A stretch of DNA of 57,997 nucleotides, the filler included, from Nitrospirota bacterium (GTDB taxonomy: Bacteria; JACPQY01): assembly GCA_016180645.1 (NCBI GenBank). It is 3 parts of 3 records of this genome, joined end to end, with 100 filler letters (N's around TTAATTAATTAA, not from the genome) between each part and the next. Parts side by side here need not be neighbours in the genome. Positions count along the whole stretch, not along the records: positions 1 to 21,966 come from JACPAV010000051.1; 2 more parts are not named here. The stretch is one strand, 5' to 3'. Of the stretch, positions 9,766-19,532 are shown piece by piece (position 1 is the first letter of the stretch; each line of letters begins with the position of its first letter). The translations under genes were made by a program, and so were the position numbers. The notes under the pieces were generated by a model. That model was given only the letters and a program-made list of their open reading frames with translations, had not been told where the DNA came from and did not search any database.

Positions 9766-10287
9766 TCAGTGAATCGGCGTGTCTTCTCCGACCAAGTAAT
9801 CGTCCAGGTCCAGCGTTTTCTCGCCGACCTTGACCGTGATGCCTTCGCCGATCAGAATTTTCTCAAGCTTGATGTCGTGTCCCGTCAGATGGCTCCAGAT
9901 GTCGACGGCGCCGGAGAGGTGAACGGTCTCGCTGCAAATTCGGCAGAGGAAATAGCCTCGATGCTGGGCCTTCTCGATTTTCCCGTCGAGCGCCTCGGAG
10001 ATGATGCCGGACCAGATGTCCAAGGCCTGCCTCATCTTCATCGCCTTCCGTTCGATCCGCGCGCGGCCGGACACCCAGTTCACCAGGAGGGTCGTCTGCC
10101 GGATGCCCACCGTCACCGAGATCGCGATCTCGTCTGAGCTGCGCTCGGCGACCTCGAAGACCAGTTCCTCTTCCTCATCCTCGCCTGAGCGGGTCCTGCA
10201 CCAATTGATCAGTTCGACGACCTGCCAACGCAGGAGCTTCGGGGGTTTTTTCGGAGTTGCTTGAAAAGTGGATAATGCCATCCTCAC
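9766..10287 (-). CDS. Hypothetical protein with a possible zinc-finger motif
   Basis: CRIC-x12-HLTGH pattern. Confidence 0.55.
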   Translation of the reverse strand: MRMALSTFQATPKKPPKLLRWQVVELINWCRTRSGEDEEEELVFEVAERSSDEIAISVTVGIRQTTLLVNWVSGRARIERKAMKMRQALDIWSGIISEALDGKIEKAQHRGYFLCRICSETVHLSGAVDIWSHLTGHDIKLEKILIGEGITVKVGEKTLDLDDYLVGEDTPIH

Positions 10288-10416
10288 ACCCTCTACGAAA
10301 AATATTCGGCACTGCTTTCGAATTCATGAGAGGACCGAGCTATGCCCGATAGCCGACATGGGCGGGGTGTCCGGGGGTTTCTGCAATCAACTGGAATACT
10401 TGCTCTTTTTATGCAC

Positions 10417-10444
10417 TTGACACGGATTCAGATTTAGGTACACT
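10417..10444 (+). promoter_or_regulatory. Putative sigma70 promoter for the metal-efflux operon
   Basis: TTGACA-N16-TACACT, 8 nt upstream of ATG 10453 (possibly leaderless). Confidence 0.5.
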
Positions 10445-10452
10445 CATAGTCA

Positions 10453-10800
10453 ATGCGACGAGTTTTGAGACCCACGACTCTAATCCTGACGGCGATCTTC
10501 ATGTTGGCCGGACCCATCGCTTCGATGGCCGCTCCAACCACCGATCTTTGCGCCCAGTCGGAATCGGCCGGATTGAAAGCGACATGCTGCGAAGGCGATT
10601 GCTGCGTGGCGAATGTCCCGCAAGCGCCTTCCCCCGCGGCTCTCCCGGCAGTGGATGCACAGCCGTTGGCGCCTTCCGCGGCGCCGCACTCCCTGGCCGT
10701 GATCGAGCTCGCGCATCCGTGGCTCGGCTCCGCGCCGGTCATGATCTTCGCGCGTAGTCCAGGTCGCACCCTCTCGCTCCTCCAGACCTACCTGCTCTAA
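10453..10800 (+). CDS. Small secreted Cys-rich protein preceding the metal-efflux operon
   Basis: Signal-like N-terminus, TCCEGDCC motif, C-terminal SLLQTYLL. Confidence 0.6.
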   Translation: MRRVLRPTTLILTAIFMLAGPIASMAAPTTDLCAQSESAGLKATCCEGDCCVANVPQAPSPAALPAVDAQPLAPSAAPHSLAVIELAHPWLGSAPVMIFARSPGRTLSLLQTYLL

Positions 10801-10966
10801 ACCTCTCTCCCGTTTCCGCGCTCGGTTCTCCCGGGCGGAGGACTGCGTTGTCTCTGCCCTGAATGCTGGAACCGGGTGCCATTCATCCCTGGACCCCGAG
10901 CGTGAGTCCACAGGTTCTACTCGCAATGGGCATCAGGGGAAAAAACGAGACTCTGAAGAGAGGTGA

Positions 10967-12226
10967 ATGATGAAAATTGGAAGTGTTGGAATGGCGACCA
11001 TCATCGGGCTTGCGGCCCTCGGTTTCCAAGGCTCGGTTCGGGCTGGGGAGAGTGTTCTTCGGCTTGAAGATGTTTTGACAGAGGTTCGCGAGAACAGTCC
11101 CCGAATTCAAGCGGCGGCGAAGATGTCCGAAGCGGCGCGCGCGCGTGTTCCACAAGCCAAGGCCTTGGATGACCCGATCCTGTCCATCGAAAACCAACCT
11201 GGCGATGAGCAGATGGTTGGAGTGGAGCAAATGATTCCGTTCCCTTGGAAGCTCAAGGCGCGAGCGACGGTGGCAGAAGCTGAATCGGACTCGGTCGACC
11301 GGATGTCGGACCGCACCGTTTTGGAAATTCTCGTCGAAGCCAAGCATGCCTTTCATCACCTTTTCCACTGGCACAAGAAGGTCGAGATCAACTTGGAGAA
11401 TCAGGACATTCTCCAAAGATTTGTCCGCATTGCCGAGTCCCGCTATCTGATCGGCCGCGCCGGTCAGGAGGATGTGCTCAAGGCGCAGGTGGAGGCGGGA
11501 AAGCTCGCCAATGAACTGGTGATGCTGAATCGGATGAAGGGGGAGGAAGAAGCGAATCTGAGCCGCTTGATGAATCGATCGATGGTGGCGCCCCTGCCTC
11601 CGCCGGAGTCGTTGCACGTCATGGAGAACCACGGACTTCGCGAGGATGATCTGTACGCGCTTGCGGAGGAGAATCGGCAGGAGACCCGATCTCAGGTCTC
11701 GATGGTGCGCGCCGGGGAAGAGAAGGCGAGGCTGGCCCGACTCGACTACGCTCCGGATTTTCTGGTCGGCGCCGAATGGGGGCGCATGGAAGGCACGCTC
11801 GGGCCTGCCGGCAAACGATGGGGCGCGATGCTCGGCCTCAGCCTCCCCGTGTGGTTCACCCAAAAGCAGCGGTACGGAGTGAGGGAGGCCGACGCGATGC
11901 TCCAGTCGTCGCGGTCTGACCTTCAGGATGTTCGCAATCGTGTCCGGTTTGAGGTGAAGCAGGCCTATTTGAACGTCACCGCCTCGAATGCGCAGCTCGA
12001 CATTTTCAATTCGGGACTTCTGCCCCAGGCCGAGCAGGATCTGAGGATCACCACCTCCGCCTATGAGGCGGGAAAGATGGACTTTCTCCGTCTGCTGGAG
12101 TCGCAGCGCGCGCTCCGCGAGCTGAAGATCGCGTACTTCGACGCCCTCCTCGAATACAACATGAGCTTGGGCGACCTCGAACTGGCTGTCGGCAAGGAAC
12201 TTCCGATCCATACCGGAAGTCACTAA
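10967..12226 (+). CDS. TolC-family outer-membrane efflux protein (CusC-like)
   Basis: OEP repeats, EQMIPFPWKL and AYEAGKMDFL motifs; precedes the MFP and RND genes. Confidence 0.92.
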   Translation: MMKIGSVGMATIIGLAALGFQGSVRAGESVLRLEDVLTEVRENSPRIQAAAKMSEAARARVPQAKALDDPILSIENQPGDEQMVGVEQMIPFPWKLKARATVAEAESDSVDRMSDRTVLEILVEAKHAFHHLFHWHKKVEINLENQDILQRFVRIAESRYLIGRAGQEDVLKAQVEAGKLANELVMLNRMKGEEEANLSRLMNRSMVAPLPPPESLHVMENHGLREDDLYALAEENRQETRSQVSMVRAGEEKARLARLDYAPDFLVGAEWGRMEGTLGPAGKRWGAMLGLSLPVWFTQKQRYGVREADAMLQSSRSDLQDVRNRVRFEVKQAYLNVTASNAQLDIFNSGLLPQAEQDLRITTSAYEAGKMDFLRLLESQRALRELKIAYFDALLEYNMSLGDLELAVGKELPIHTGSH

Positions 12227-12261
12227 GGGGCCCTAGCATGAAGAATGGCCGGACGGTGGCG

Positions 12262-12333
12262 AGACGCAGGCGTAAAGCCTGCGCCTACCGAAAGAGAAGA
12301 TGCCTGTTGGTAGCCGCGGGCTTCAGCCCGCGT
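12262..12333. repeat. GTAG-type REP-like palindrome pair
   Basis: ACGCAGGCGTAAAGCCTGCGCCTACC and GTAGCCGCGGGCTTCAGCCCGCGT. Related copies near 17196, 27700, 28962-29030, 30192-30247, 36097-36152 and 44155-44222. Confidence 0.75.
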
Positions 12334-12362
12334 CTTGTCGCTCGACGCTGTAAGGAGGAGCC

Positions 12363-13439
12363 ATGAAACGAAGAACATCAATCTGCCTGTCGACTTGGGT
12401 TGCGGCGATGTTGGCGCTTTCTGCCTGCGAAGGAAAAGGAACATCCGCGCCGGAAGCGGCGCGTGAGCACGCAGTCCACGAGGAGCATGCCAGGAAGAAA
12501 ACCCTTTACCAGTGCCCCATGCACCCGTCGTACACCTCCGATAAGCCGGGCGAGTGCCCGATTTGTGGAATGACACTGGTGCCGGTAGAGGAGTCCGCCG
12601 CGGGCGAGGAGGCCCCGTCGGATGTGTCCGGACGCGTCACGATCAACATCTCGCCGGAGCGGCAGCAGATCATCGGCGTCAAGACCGATGTGGCGAAAAT
12701 TCAGCCGCTGACCAAGACGGTGAGGGCCGTGGGAAACATCGCTTATGATCCGGAGCTATACCAGGCGGAGAAGGAATACATCGAAAGCCTGAGCAGCCGG
12801 GACAAGACCGGAGGCTCTCCCGGCACGGTCGGACTCGTGGATTCTTCCTCGATTCGCCTGCGGCAGCTCGGTTTGAACGACGCGATGATTGCGGATCTCG
12901 CCCGTTCAAGAAAACCCTCTCTGAACTTGCTGCTCCCGGAGGACACGATGTGGGTTTACGCGCAGGTCTACGAATACGAGATCAATTGGATCAAGGTCGG
13001 TCAGTCGGTTTCGACGACATCACTCGCGCTTCCGGGCGAGATGTTCCGCGGCACGCTCCGGGCCATCGATCCCGTCGTGAATCCGGAGACTCGAACGGTG
13101 CGCATCCGGGCCGAGGTCAAGAACCCCGGCCGGAAACTCAAACCGAACACCTTCGTGAACGTGGAGATCGAGACCGCGCTGGGGAAGGGGCTGACGATCC
13201 CCCGTGATGCCGTCATCGACACCGGAGACCGGAAAATCGTATTTGTCGACCTCGGCGGGGGCAAGTTGCAACCGCGGGAGATCCGTACGGGTATTGAGCT
13301 TGCAGACGACGTGCAGGTATTGGAGGGGTTGGCGAAAGGCGACAAAGTGGTCACCTCCGCCAATTTCCTGATTGATTCGGAGTCCTCCCTCAAGGCTGCG
13401 GTCAAGCAGATGAGTGGCCATGCAGGTCACGGTCAATAG
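12363..13439 (+). CDS. cusB: Efflux RND periplasmic adaptor (CusB-like) with heavy-metal-binding domain
   Basis: Lipobox LSAC, YQCPMHP...CPICGM, FLIDSES. Confidence 0.9.
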   Translation: MKRRTSICLSTWVAAMLALSACEGKGTSAPEAAREHAVHEEHARKKTLYQCPMHPSYTSDKPGECPICGMTLVPVEESAAGEEAPSDVSGRVTINISPERQQIIGVKTDVAKIQPLTKTVRAVGNIAYDPELYQAEKEYIESLSSRDKTGGSPGTVGLVDSSSIRLRQLGLNDAMIADLARSRKPSLNLLLPEDTMWVYAQVYEYEINWIKVGQSVSTTSLALPGEMFRGTLRAIDPVVNPETRTVRIRAEVKNPGRKLKPNTFVNVEIETALGKGLTIPRDAVIDTGDRKIVFVDLGGGKLQPREIRTGIELADDVQVLEGLAKGDKVVTSANFLIDSESSLKAAVKQMSGHAGHGQ

Positions 13440-13453
13440 CGAGCAATACGACC

Positions 13454-16400
13454 ATGATCGAAAAGCTGATCGAAGCCTGCGCCAAGAACCGATTCATGAC
13501 GCTCCTCGTCATCCTGAGCATCGCCCTGTTTGGAGTGTGGAGCGTCAAGCACATCCCGCTGGACGCGATTCCGGATCTGTCGGATACGCAGGTCATCGTC
13601 TACTCCCGATGGGACCGCAGCCCGGACATCATGGAGGACCAGGTGACCTATCCCATCATCTCGGCGATGTTGGGCGCGCCGAAGGTGAAGGCCATCCGGG
13701 GTTTCTCTGATTTCGGCTACTCCTACGTGTACATGATTTTCGAGGACGGGACCGATATCTATTGGGCGCGCAGCCGAACGTTGGAGTATTTGAGCAAGGT
13801 TACGCCCCTGCTGCCTGAAGGCGTGAGGACGGAGCTGGGTCCCGATGCCACCGGCGTCGGCTGGGTTTTTCAGTACGCGCTGGTGGATACCTCCGGCAAG
13901 CAGAGCCTTGCCGATCTCCGGAGCTTTCAGGACTGGACGCTCCGCTACTACCTCCAGGGCGTGCCGGGCGTGGCGGAAGTGGCGCCGATCGGCGGATTTG
14001 TGCGCCAGTACCAGGTGAACCTCGATCCCAACGCGCTCCTCTCGTACAAGATCCCCATCGAGAAGGTGATGGAGGCCATCCGCAACGGCAACAACGACGT
14101 GGGCGGGCGGCTCCTCGAATTCAGCGGAAGGGAATACATGGTGAGGGGCAGAGGCTACGCCCGGAGCACGGCGGATATCGAGAAGATTGTCGTGGGCGTC
14201 AGCCCCCAATCCGGGACGCCGATTCTCGTGAAGAATCTTGGGAGCGTGGTGCTGGGGCCGGATATCCGGCGCGGCCTGGCCGATTTGAACGGCGAGGGGG
14301 ACGTCGTGGGCGGAATCGTGATCATGCGCCACGGCGAGAACGCGCTCAAAGTCATCGACCGGGTCAAGAAGAAGCTCAAGGACATCGAGCCTACGCTTCC
14401 GGAGGGCGTCAAGCTGGTGACGACGTATGACCGCTCGGACCTCATCCTCCGCAGCATCGAAACGCTCAAAGATACGCTGGTGGAAGAAATGGTCGTCGTC
14501 AGCCTGGTCATTCTTGTCTTCCTCTGGCACATCCCTTCGGCCATCATCCCGATCTTCACGTTGCCCATCGCGGTGCTCTTCGCGTTTATTCCGATGTATT
14601 TCATGGGCCTCTCCAGCAACATCATGTCCCTCGGCGGCATTGCGGTGGCCATCGGGGCCCTCGTCGACGCCGCGGTGGTCGTGGTGGAGAACGCCCATAA
14701 GAAGCTGGAACGATGGATGCGGGAGGGAAGGCAGGGAGACTACCGAACCGTCCTCATCGGCGCCATCCAGGAGGTCGGGCGTCCCTCCTTTTATTCCCTC
14801 ATGGTCATCGCCGTGGCGTTCATCCCCGTTTTTACGTTGGAGGCGCAGGAGGGAAGACTTTTCAGACCGCTGGCGTTCACGAAGAACTTCTCCATGTTCT
14901 TCGCCGCCATTCTTGCGATCACCCTCGATCCCGCCATCCGGCTCCTGTTCATGCGCTTCGAGCCCTTCATCTTCCGGCCGAAATGGCTCGCCAAGGTGGT
15001 GAACGCGGCCGTGGTGGGTGAGCTGCACGAGGAGGACAAGCATCCCATCAGTCGTGTCCTGTTTCGTTTCTACCAGCCGGCCGCCGAACTCATGCTCCGC
15101 CGGCCCAAGACGGTTGTGCTCGTGGCCGTGGCCATCGTCATTGCCACGGTTCCGTTCTATTTCAAGCTTGGTTCGGAGTTCATGCCACCCTTGTATGAAG
15201 GGACGCTTCTCTACATGCCCACGACGCCGCCCGGGATCTCGGTGACCGAGTCCGGGAATCTACTGAACATCCAGGACCGGATCATCAAGAGCTTCCCCGA
15301 GGTGGATAGCGTTTTCGGGAAGGCGGGAAGAGCGGAGACTTCCACGGACCCCGCGCCGTTTTCGATGATGGAAACGACGGTCGTCCTCAAGCCGGAGGCC
15401 GAATGGAGGAAGGTGGACCGGTGGTACTCTTGGATGCCGGAGGTTTTCAAGAAGCCCCTGAGGCACGCCTGGAGGGAGGCCATCACGCCCGCCCAGCTTG
15501 TGGACGAAATGGACCAGGCGTTGAAAATCCCGGGAAGCGTCAACGCCTGGACGATGCCCATCAAGGCCCGCATCGACATGCTCACCACGGGCGTACGCAC
15601 ACCCGTCGGGATCAAGATTTTCGGGGCGGACCTCAAGGAGATCGAACGAATCGGGGAGCACATCGAGATGGTCTTGAAGCCGGTGAAGGGCACGCGAAGC
15701 ATTTTCGCCGAGAGGACTGCCGGAGGGTATTTCGTCGATTTCGATTTGAAACGCGAGGAACTGGCCCGCTACGGGCTCTCCGTCGCCGATGCGGAAATGG
15801 TCATCATGTCGGCGATCGGAGGGGAGAATGTTTCGCAGACCGTGGAGGGCAGGGAGCGGTATCCCATCAACGTGCGGTACGCCCGAGAGCTTCGGAACGA
15901 CATGGAACGGCTCAAGAGAGTTCTCGTCCCCACGGAGAGCGGGGCCCAGGTGCCGATTTCACAACTCGCGGACATCCGGATGGTCACGGGTCCCTCGATG
16001 ATCCGGGACGAAAACGGTAGACTCGCCGGCTACGTCTACGTGGACGTGGCGGGCCGGGACATCGGCAGCTACGTGGCCGACGCGAAGAAGGCCGTAAGGG
16101 AACAGGTGCAGATGCCCGCGGGATATGCCCTCACGTGGAGCGGTCAGTACGAGTCCATGGAGCGGGTGAAGGAGAGACTCAAGCTCGTCCTGCCCATCAC
16201 CGTGTTCATCATTTTCTTCCTCTTGTACATGAACACCAAATCGCTGACCAAAACCTTCATCGTCTTTCTGGCCGTGCCCTTTTCCGCCGTGGGAGCCATC
16301 TGGTTTCTCTATGCACTGGGCTATCAATCCTCGATTGCGGTGTGGGTGGGGCTGATCGCGCTGATGGGCTTGGACGCGGAGACGGGAATTTTCATGCTCT

Positions 16401-16714
16401 TATACCTCGATCTGGCCTATGACGAATGGAAGGCCAAGGGCAAGCTCAAGACCAAGGAAGATTTGCGGGAGGCGATTCTCTACGGCGCGGTGAAACGCGT
16501 GAGACCCAAAGTCATGACCGTCGCCTGCGCCGCGATCGGCCTTCTGCCCATCATGTGGTCGACCGGGGCGGGCGCCGACGTGATGAAGCGCATCGCCGCG
16601 CCGATGATCGGCGGGCTGTTCACGTCCTTCATCATGGAGCTGCTGGTCTATCCCGTGATCTACGAACTGTGGCGCGGGAGGGAACTGAAGAAAGTCATGA
16701 GTCGTGCGACATGA
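13454..16714 (+). CDS. cusA: CusA/CzcA heavy-metal efflux RND permease
   Basis: DAIPDLSDTQV, LGPDATGVGW, GSEFMPPL, FSMMET and RVRPKVMT motifs (Met-type Cu/Ag exporter). Confidence 0.95.
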   Translation: MIEKLIEACAKNRFMTLLVILSIALFGVWSVKHIPLDAIPDLSDTQVIVYSRWDRSPDIMEDQVTYPIISAMLGAPKVKAIRGFSDFGYSYVYMIFEDGTDIYWARSRTLEYLSKVTPLLPEGVRTELGPDATGVGWVFQYALVDTSGKQSLADLRSFQDWTLRYYLQGVPGVAEVAPIGGFVRQYQVNLDPNALLSYKIPIEKVMEAIRNGNNDVGGRLLEFSGREYMVRGRGYARSTADIEKIVVGVSPQSGTPILVKNLGSVVLGPDIRRGLADLNGEGDVVGGIVIMRHGENALKVIDRVKKKLKDIEPTLPEGVKLVTTYDRSDLILRSIETLKDTLVEEMVVVSLVILVFLWHIPSAIIPIFTLPIAVLFAFIPMYFMGLSSNIMSLGGIAVAIGALVDAAVVVVENAHKKLERWMREGRQGDYRTVLIGAIQEVGRPSFYSLMVIAVAFIPVFTLEAQEGRLFRPLAFTKNFSMFFAAILAITLDPAIRLLFMRFEPFIFRPKWLAKVVNAAVVGELHEEDKHPISRVLFRFYQPAAELMLRRPKTVVLVAVAIVIATVPFYFKLGSEFMPPLYEGTLLYMPTTPPGISVTESGNLLNIQDRIIKSFPEVDSVFGKAGRAETSTDPAPFSMMETTVVLKPEAEWRKVDRWYSWMPEVFKKPLRHAWREAITPAQLVDEMDQALKIPGSVNAWTMPIKARIDMLTTGVRTPVGIKIFGADLKEIERIGEHIEMVLKPVKGTRSIFAERTAGGYFVDFDLKREELARYGLSVADAEMVIMSAIGGENVSQTVEGRERYPINVRYARELRNDMERLKRVLVPTESGAQVPISQLADIRMVTGPSMIRDENGRLAGYVYVDVAGRDIGSYVADAKKAVREQVQMPAGYALTWSGQYESMERVKERLKLVLPITVFIIFFLLYMNTKSLTKTFIVFLAVPFSAVGAIWFLYALGYQSSIAVWVGLIALMGLDAETGIFMLLYLDLAYDEWKAKGKLKTKEDLREAILYGAVKRVRPKVMTVACAAIGLLPIMWSTGAGADVMKRIAAPMIGGLFTSFIMELLVYPVIYELWRGRELKKVMSRAT

Positions 16715-16753
16715 GTCCTGAGCAAAAAAACGCCTATACAAAAGGAGAAACAC

Positions 16754-17170
16754 ATGAAACGAATAATCTCAATGGCATGGGCGGCATTTTTCATGTCGGC
16801 AGGGTTGGCCCTGGCCGGCGAGAAAGTGACGCTGCAAGGCGAGGTGCTGGATTCAGCCTGCTACATCGCCCACGGCGAAAAAGGCAAGGCGCACGAAAAG
16901 TGCGCCAAGATGTGCCTGAGAAAAGGCGCTCCAGCCGCGCTGCTGACGGACGATCAGAAGGTAATCCTCCTGATAACCAAGCACGGCGGGGAAGCGTTGT
17001 ACGAGGAGTTGAGGAAACTCGGAGGGGAGCGCATCGAAGCCGTCGGCGAGAAGTTCGACAAGGGCGGAATGGTGGCACTCGAATTGGAGTCCATCAAATC
17101 GCTCCAATCCGCCTCCCCGGCGAAGGAGAAGCATGAAGAAAGCGGCCACGGTGGTGGCCACATGCACTGA
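16754..17170 (+). CDS. Periplasmic Cys/His-rich protein
   Basis: Signal peptide, GEVLDSACY...HEKCAKMC, His-rich tail. Confidence 0.75.
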   Translation: MKRIISMAWAAFFMSAGLALAGEKVTLQGEVLDSACYIAHGEKGKAHEKCAKMCLRKGAPAALLTDDQKVILLITKHGGEALYEELRKLGGERIEAVGEKFDKGGMVALELESIKSLQSASPAKEKHEESGHGGGHMH

Positions 17171-17264
17171 TCCACCGTGGAGATGACCCATCCTTGGTAG
17201 GCGCAGGCTTTATGCCTGCGGTTGTCCGCTTCAAGAGGATCAGATTGTGTCTGGAGGTGTCAGC

Positions 17265-18128
17265 ATGAACGAAATCGTGGAGAAAGATCCCGTGTGCGGG
17301 ATGGATGTGAAGGCCGGGCACGAGGCGGCCCGGTTTGATCACCTCGGCAAGACGTACCTATTCTGCAATTCCGGCTGCCGGGACACATTCGCCAAGAACC
17401 CCGATGCCCACGTAAAGCGCGAAGGGGTGATGGGCAATGGACGTGGCGCGAAACCGCACCAGCACTACCGCGTGCTGCCTCCGATGAAGCACGATTTCTT
17501 TACACCGATCTATGACTTGGGCTGCCGACTCATGGGGCTGGGAACGCGATTCCGGGACTCCATCATTGGTTTCCTGGAACTGCGCGGTGGAGAGTCCGTT
17601 CTGGATGCGGGTTGCGGCACGGGCGTCTTGGCCGTGCGGATCAAGGAAAGAGTTCCCCTGGCAAACATGACCGGACTGGACCCGACCTCCTCCGCGCTTC
17701 GAATCGCTCGAAGGCGGGCGGAGAAGCGGAAGGTTGCCGTCGAGTGGAAGGAAGGGTTCGCGGAGTCCATGCCGTTCGCGGAGGCGACGTTCGACCGCGT
17801 GGTCACGTCGCTCGCTTTCCATCACATCCCCGCCGACAAGAAGATTCCGGCCCTCCGCGAGTGTCTTCGCGTCCTGAAGCCGGGAGGCCGACTCCTGCTG
17901 GTGGACTTTTGCGAGTTGGATACGTTCGGCGCGCGGTTCTTTCTCAAGACCGTGGTCGGCTTGGAGCACTTCGGTGATCAAATCGGCCGGCTGGACGACT
18001 TTCCGCGCGAGGCGGGTTTCAGCCATATTCGGCGCGTCCATCGCGCCCACCTGGGGATTGGGTTCTACATCGGTGAGAAAGGCGCGAGCCAAGAATCGAG
18101 AGGAGGAGAAAATGAGCAAAGGGTTTAG
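17265..18128 (+). CDS. YHS domain fused to class I SAM methyltransferase
   Basis: DPVCGM...YLFCNSGC (YHS) followed by VLDAGCGTG and LAFHH. Confidence 0.85.
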   Translation: MNEIVEKDPVCGMDVKAGHEAARFDHLGKTYLFCNSGCRDTFAKNPDAHVKREGVMGNGRGAKPHQHYRVLPPMKHDFFTPIYDLGCRLMGLGTRFRDSIIGFLELRGGESVLDAGCGTGVLAVRIKERVPLANMTGLDPTSSALRIARRRAEKRKVAVEWKEGFAESMPFAEATFDRVVTSLAFHHIPADKKIPALRECLRVLKPGGRLLLVDFCELDTFGARFFLKTVVGLEHFGDQIGRLDDFPREAGFSHIRRVHRAHLGIGFYIGEKGASQESRGGENEQRV

Positions 18129-18606
18129 GCTGCTCATCGCGTTCGGTATTTTTCTGGGTGCGTGCTCTTTTGGCGCGCTCACTCCGGAGAAAGTCTCGAA
18201 GCGCCTCAAGCACGGCTCGCTTGTGGCGGATCGGAGTCGGGTCTGCATGTTGCAGGATACGTACCAGGCCCAGAGCGTCCTCCCAATACCGTACAACGGG
18301 AAGACGTACTACGGCTGATGCGCGGGCTGCGTTGCCCGGTTCGGGCAAGATCCTGAGAAATTCTCGAAATCAACCGACCCCATCTCAGGGGCAAATGTGG
18401 ACAAGGCCCTCGCCTTCGCCTACCAGCGCGACGGAAGGGTTTTCTATTTCGAAACACTCGAAAACATCCTGGGGTTTGACCGTGATCCAAACGCACTCGG
18501 GCGTGTGCCGGTCACCCAGGCAATTCCGACCCCCAGGATGGGGGAAGTGCCGTCGGAAGGCAGGAGCCTGGAACGGCCAATGAATATGCAAGGAGGAACG
18601 CCATGA
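18112..18606 (+). CDS. YHS/TRASH-like exported protein, candidate selenoprotein (Sec69, UCxxC)
   Basis: SD AGGAGG and ATG 18112; VCM...GKTYYG-TGA(18316)-CAGC...DPISGANVDKA...YFE. Joins track ORFs 17974..18318 and 18397..18606 in one frame; ATGA overlap with the next gene. Confidence 0.8.
18332..18348 (+). promoter_or_regulatory. Putative bacterial SECIS hairpin
   Basis: TTGCCCG-GTT-CGGGCAA; loop G is 21 nt after the TGA. Confidence 0.7.
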
Positions 18607-18992
18607 ATAACAAGAAACTTCCCACCTCACCCCTCACCCCTCTCGCCTCTCGATGCAGAGGTATTATCGAACCCATTTCAGCCATTGCCGTGGCAGGGAT
18701 GGTCGTCATGATGGGCGGCATGATGGCTTTCATGGTGTGGGGCATGCCCAAGATGATGGGCATGATGCACGGCGGGCATGATGAAAAATCGCATGAGGAA
18801 GCGACGGAACATGGCGCCCACGCCACAAAGGCCGTCGATCCGGTGTGTGGCATGGAAATGAAGATCGCGGAGGACACGCCGAGAACCACCCACGAAGGCA
18901 AGACCTACTACTTCTGCTCAGGGGAAGACCTCAAGAAGTTCCTCGACGAGCCGGAGAAGTACGCGAAGCCCGGCGATCACGAGCGCAAGTAG
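18603..18992 (+). CDS. Membrane-anchored Met/His-rich YHS-domain protein
   Basis: Met-rich TM segment, His-rich linker, DPVCGM...KTYYFCS. Confidence 0.8.
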   Translation: MNNKKLPTSPLTPLASRCRGIIEPISAIAVAGMVVMMGGMMAFMVWGMPKMMGMMHGGHDEKSHEEATEHGAHATKAVDPVCGMEMKIAEDTPRTTHEGKTYYFCSGEDLKKFLDEPEKYAKPGDHERK

Positions 18993-19068
18993 GGCGATCA
19001 GGAGTCTCTTCCGTCCCTCCTACTCCGGATCAAAGTCCGGGGCAGGCTCCAGCAGAAATCCAGTTTGG

Positions 19069-19468
19069 ATGCCCGCTTTCGCGGGCATGACGATCCTCTT
19101 GGGCCTGTTCATAGCCGCCGCCGATGCACGTGCCTTCGTTCCCGAGGATGGCTTCCACCCCGGCTCCAAGATGGAGATGTGGAATCTCCACGGCCATCTG
19201 TTCACCGACGTTGTAAAGAAGCATGGGTATCGCGGACGTGTGGAAGAGTCCCCGGTCGGGCCGGATGTATCCGCGGCGGCTCCAGATCCGCATACCAGAG
19301 GCCGGCATGGAATGGGAACTGACTCCCGCATTTGACGATCAGGAGTTCTCCATGATGATGAACATGATGGCGTTCTGGACGGGGACGGGATCGGTTCAAG
19401 GAAGCACGGGAGGCGTTTCCGCCACCGGTCGCTACTGCAGCATGCTGCAAGGATACGGGAAGGAGTGA
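19069..19468 (+). pseudogene. Internally deleted and frameshifted AttH/CrtC-like (lipocalin-like) gene remnant
   Basis: EDGFHPGSKMEMWNLHGHL (N-terminal motif) in one frame; WKSPRSGRMYP...LTPAFDDQE...FWTG...LQGY (C-terminal motif) in another. The middle is absent. Confidence 0.55.
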
Positions 19469-19489
19469 GCCGGCCGGGTCACCCCATGT

Positions 19490-19518
19490 TTGACGGGAAA
19501 GTCGTCAAATGTTATGAT
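19490..19518 (+). promoter_or_regulatory. Putative sigma70 promoter
   Basis: TTGACG-N17-TATGAT with extended -10 TG, upstream of 19533. Confidence 0.55.
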
Positions 19519-19532
19519 ATCTGACGGAGAAT

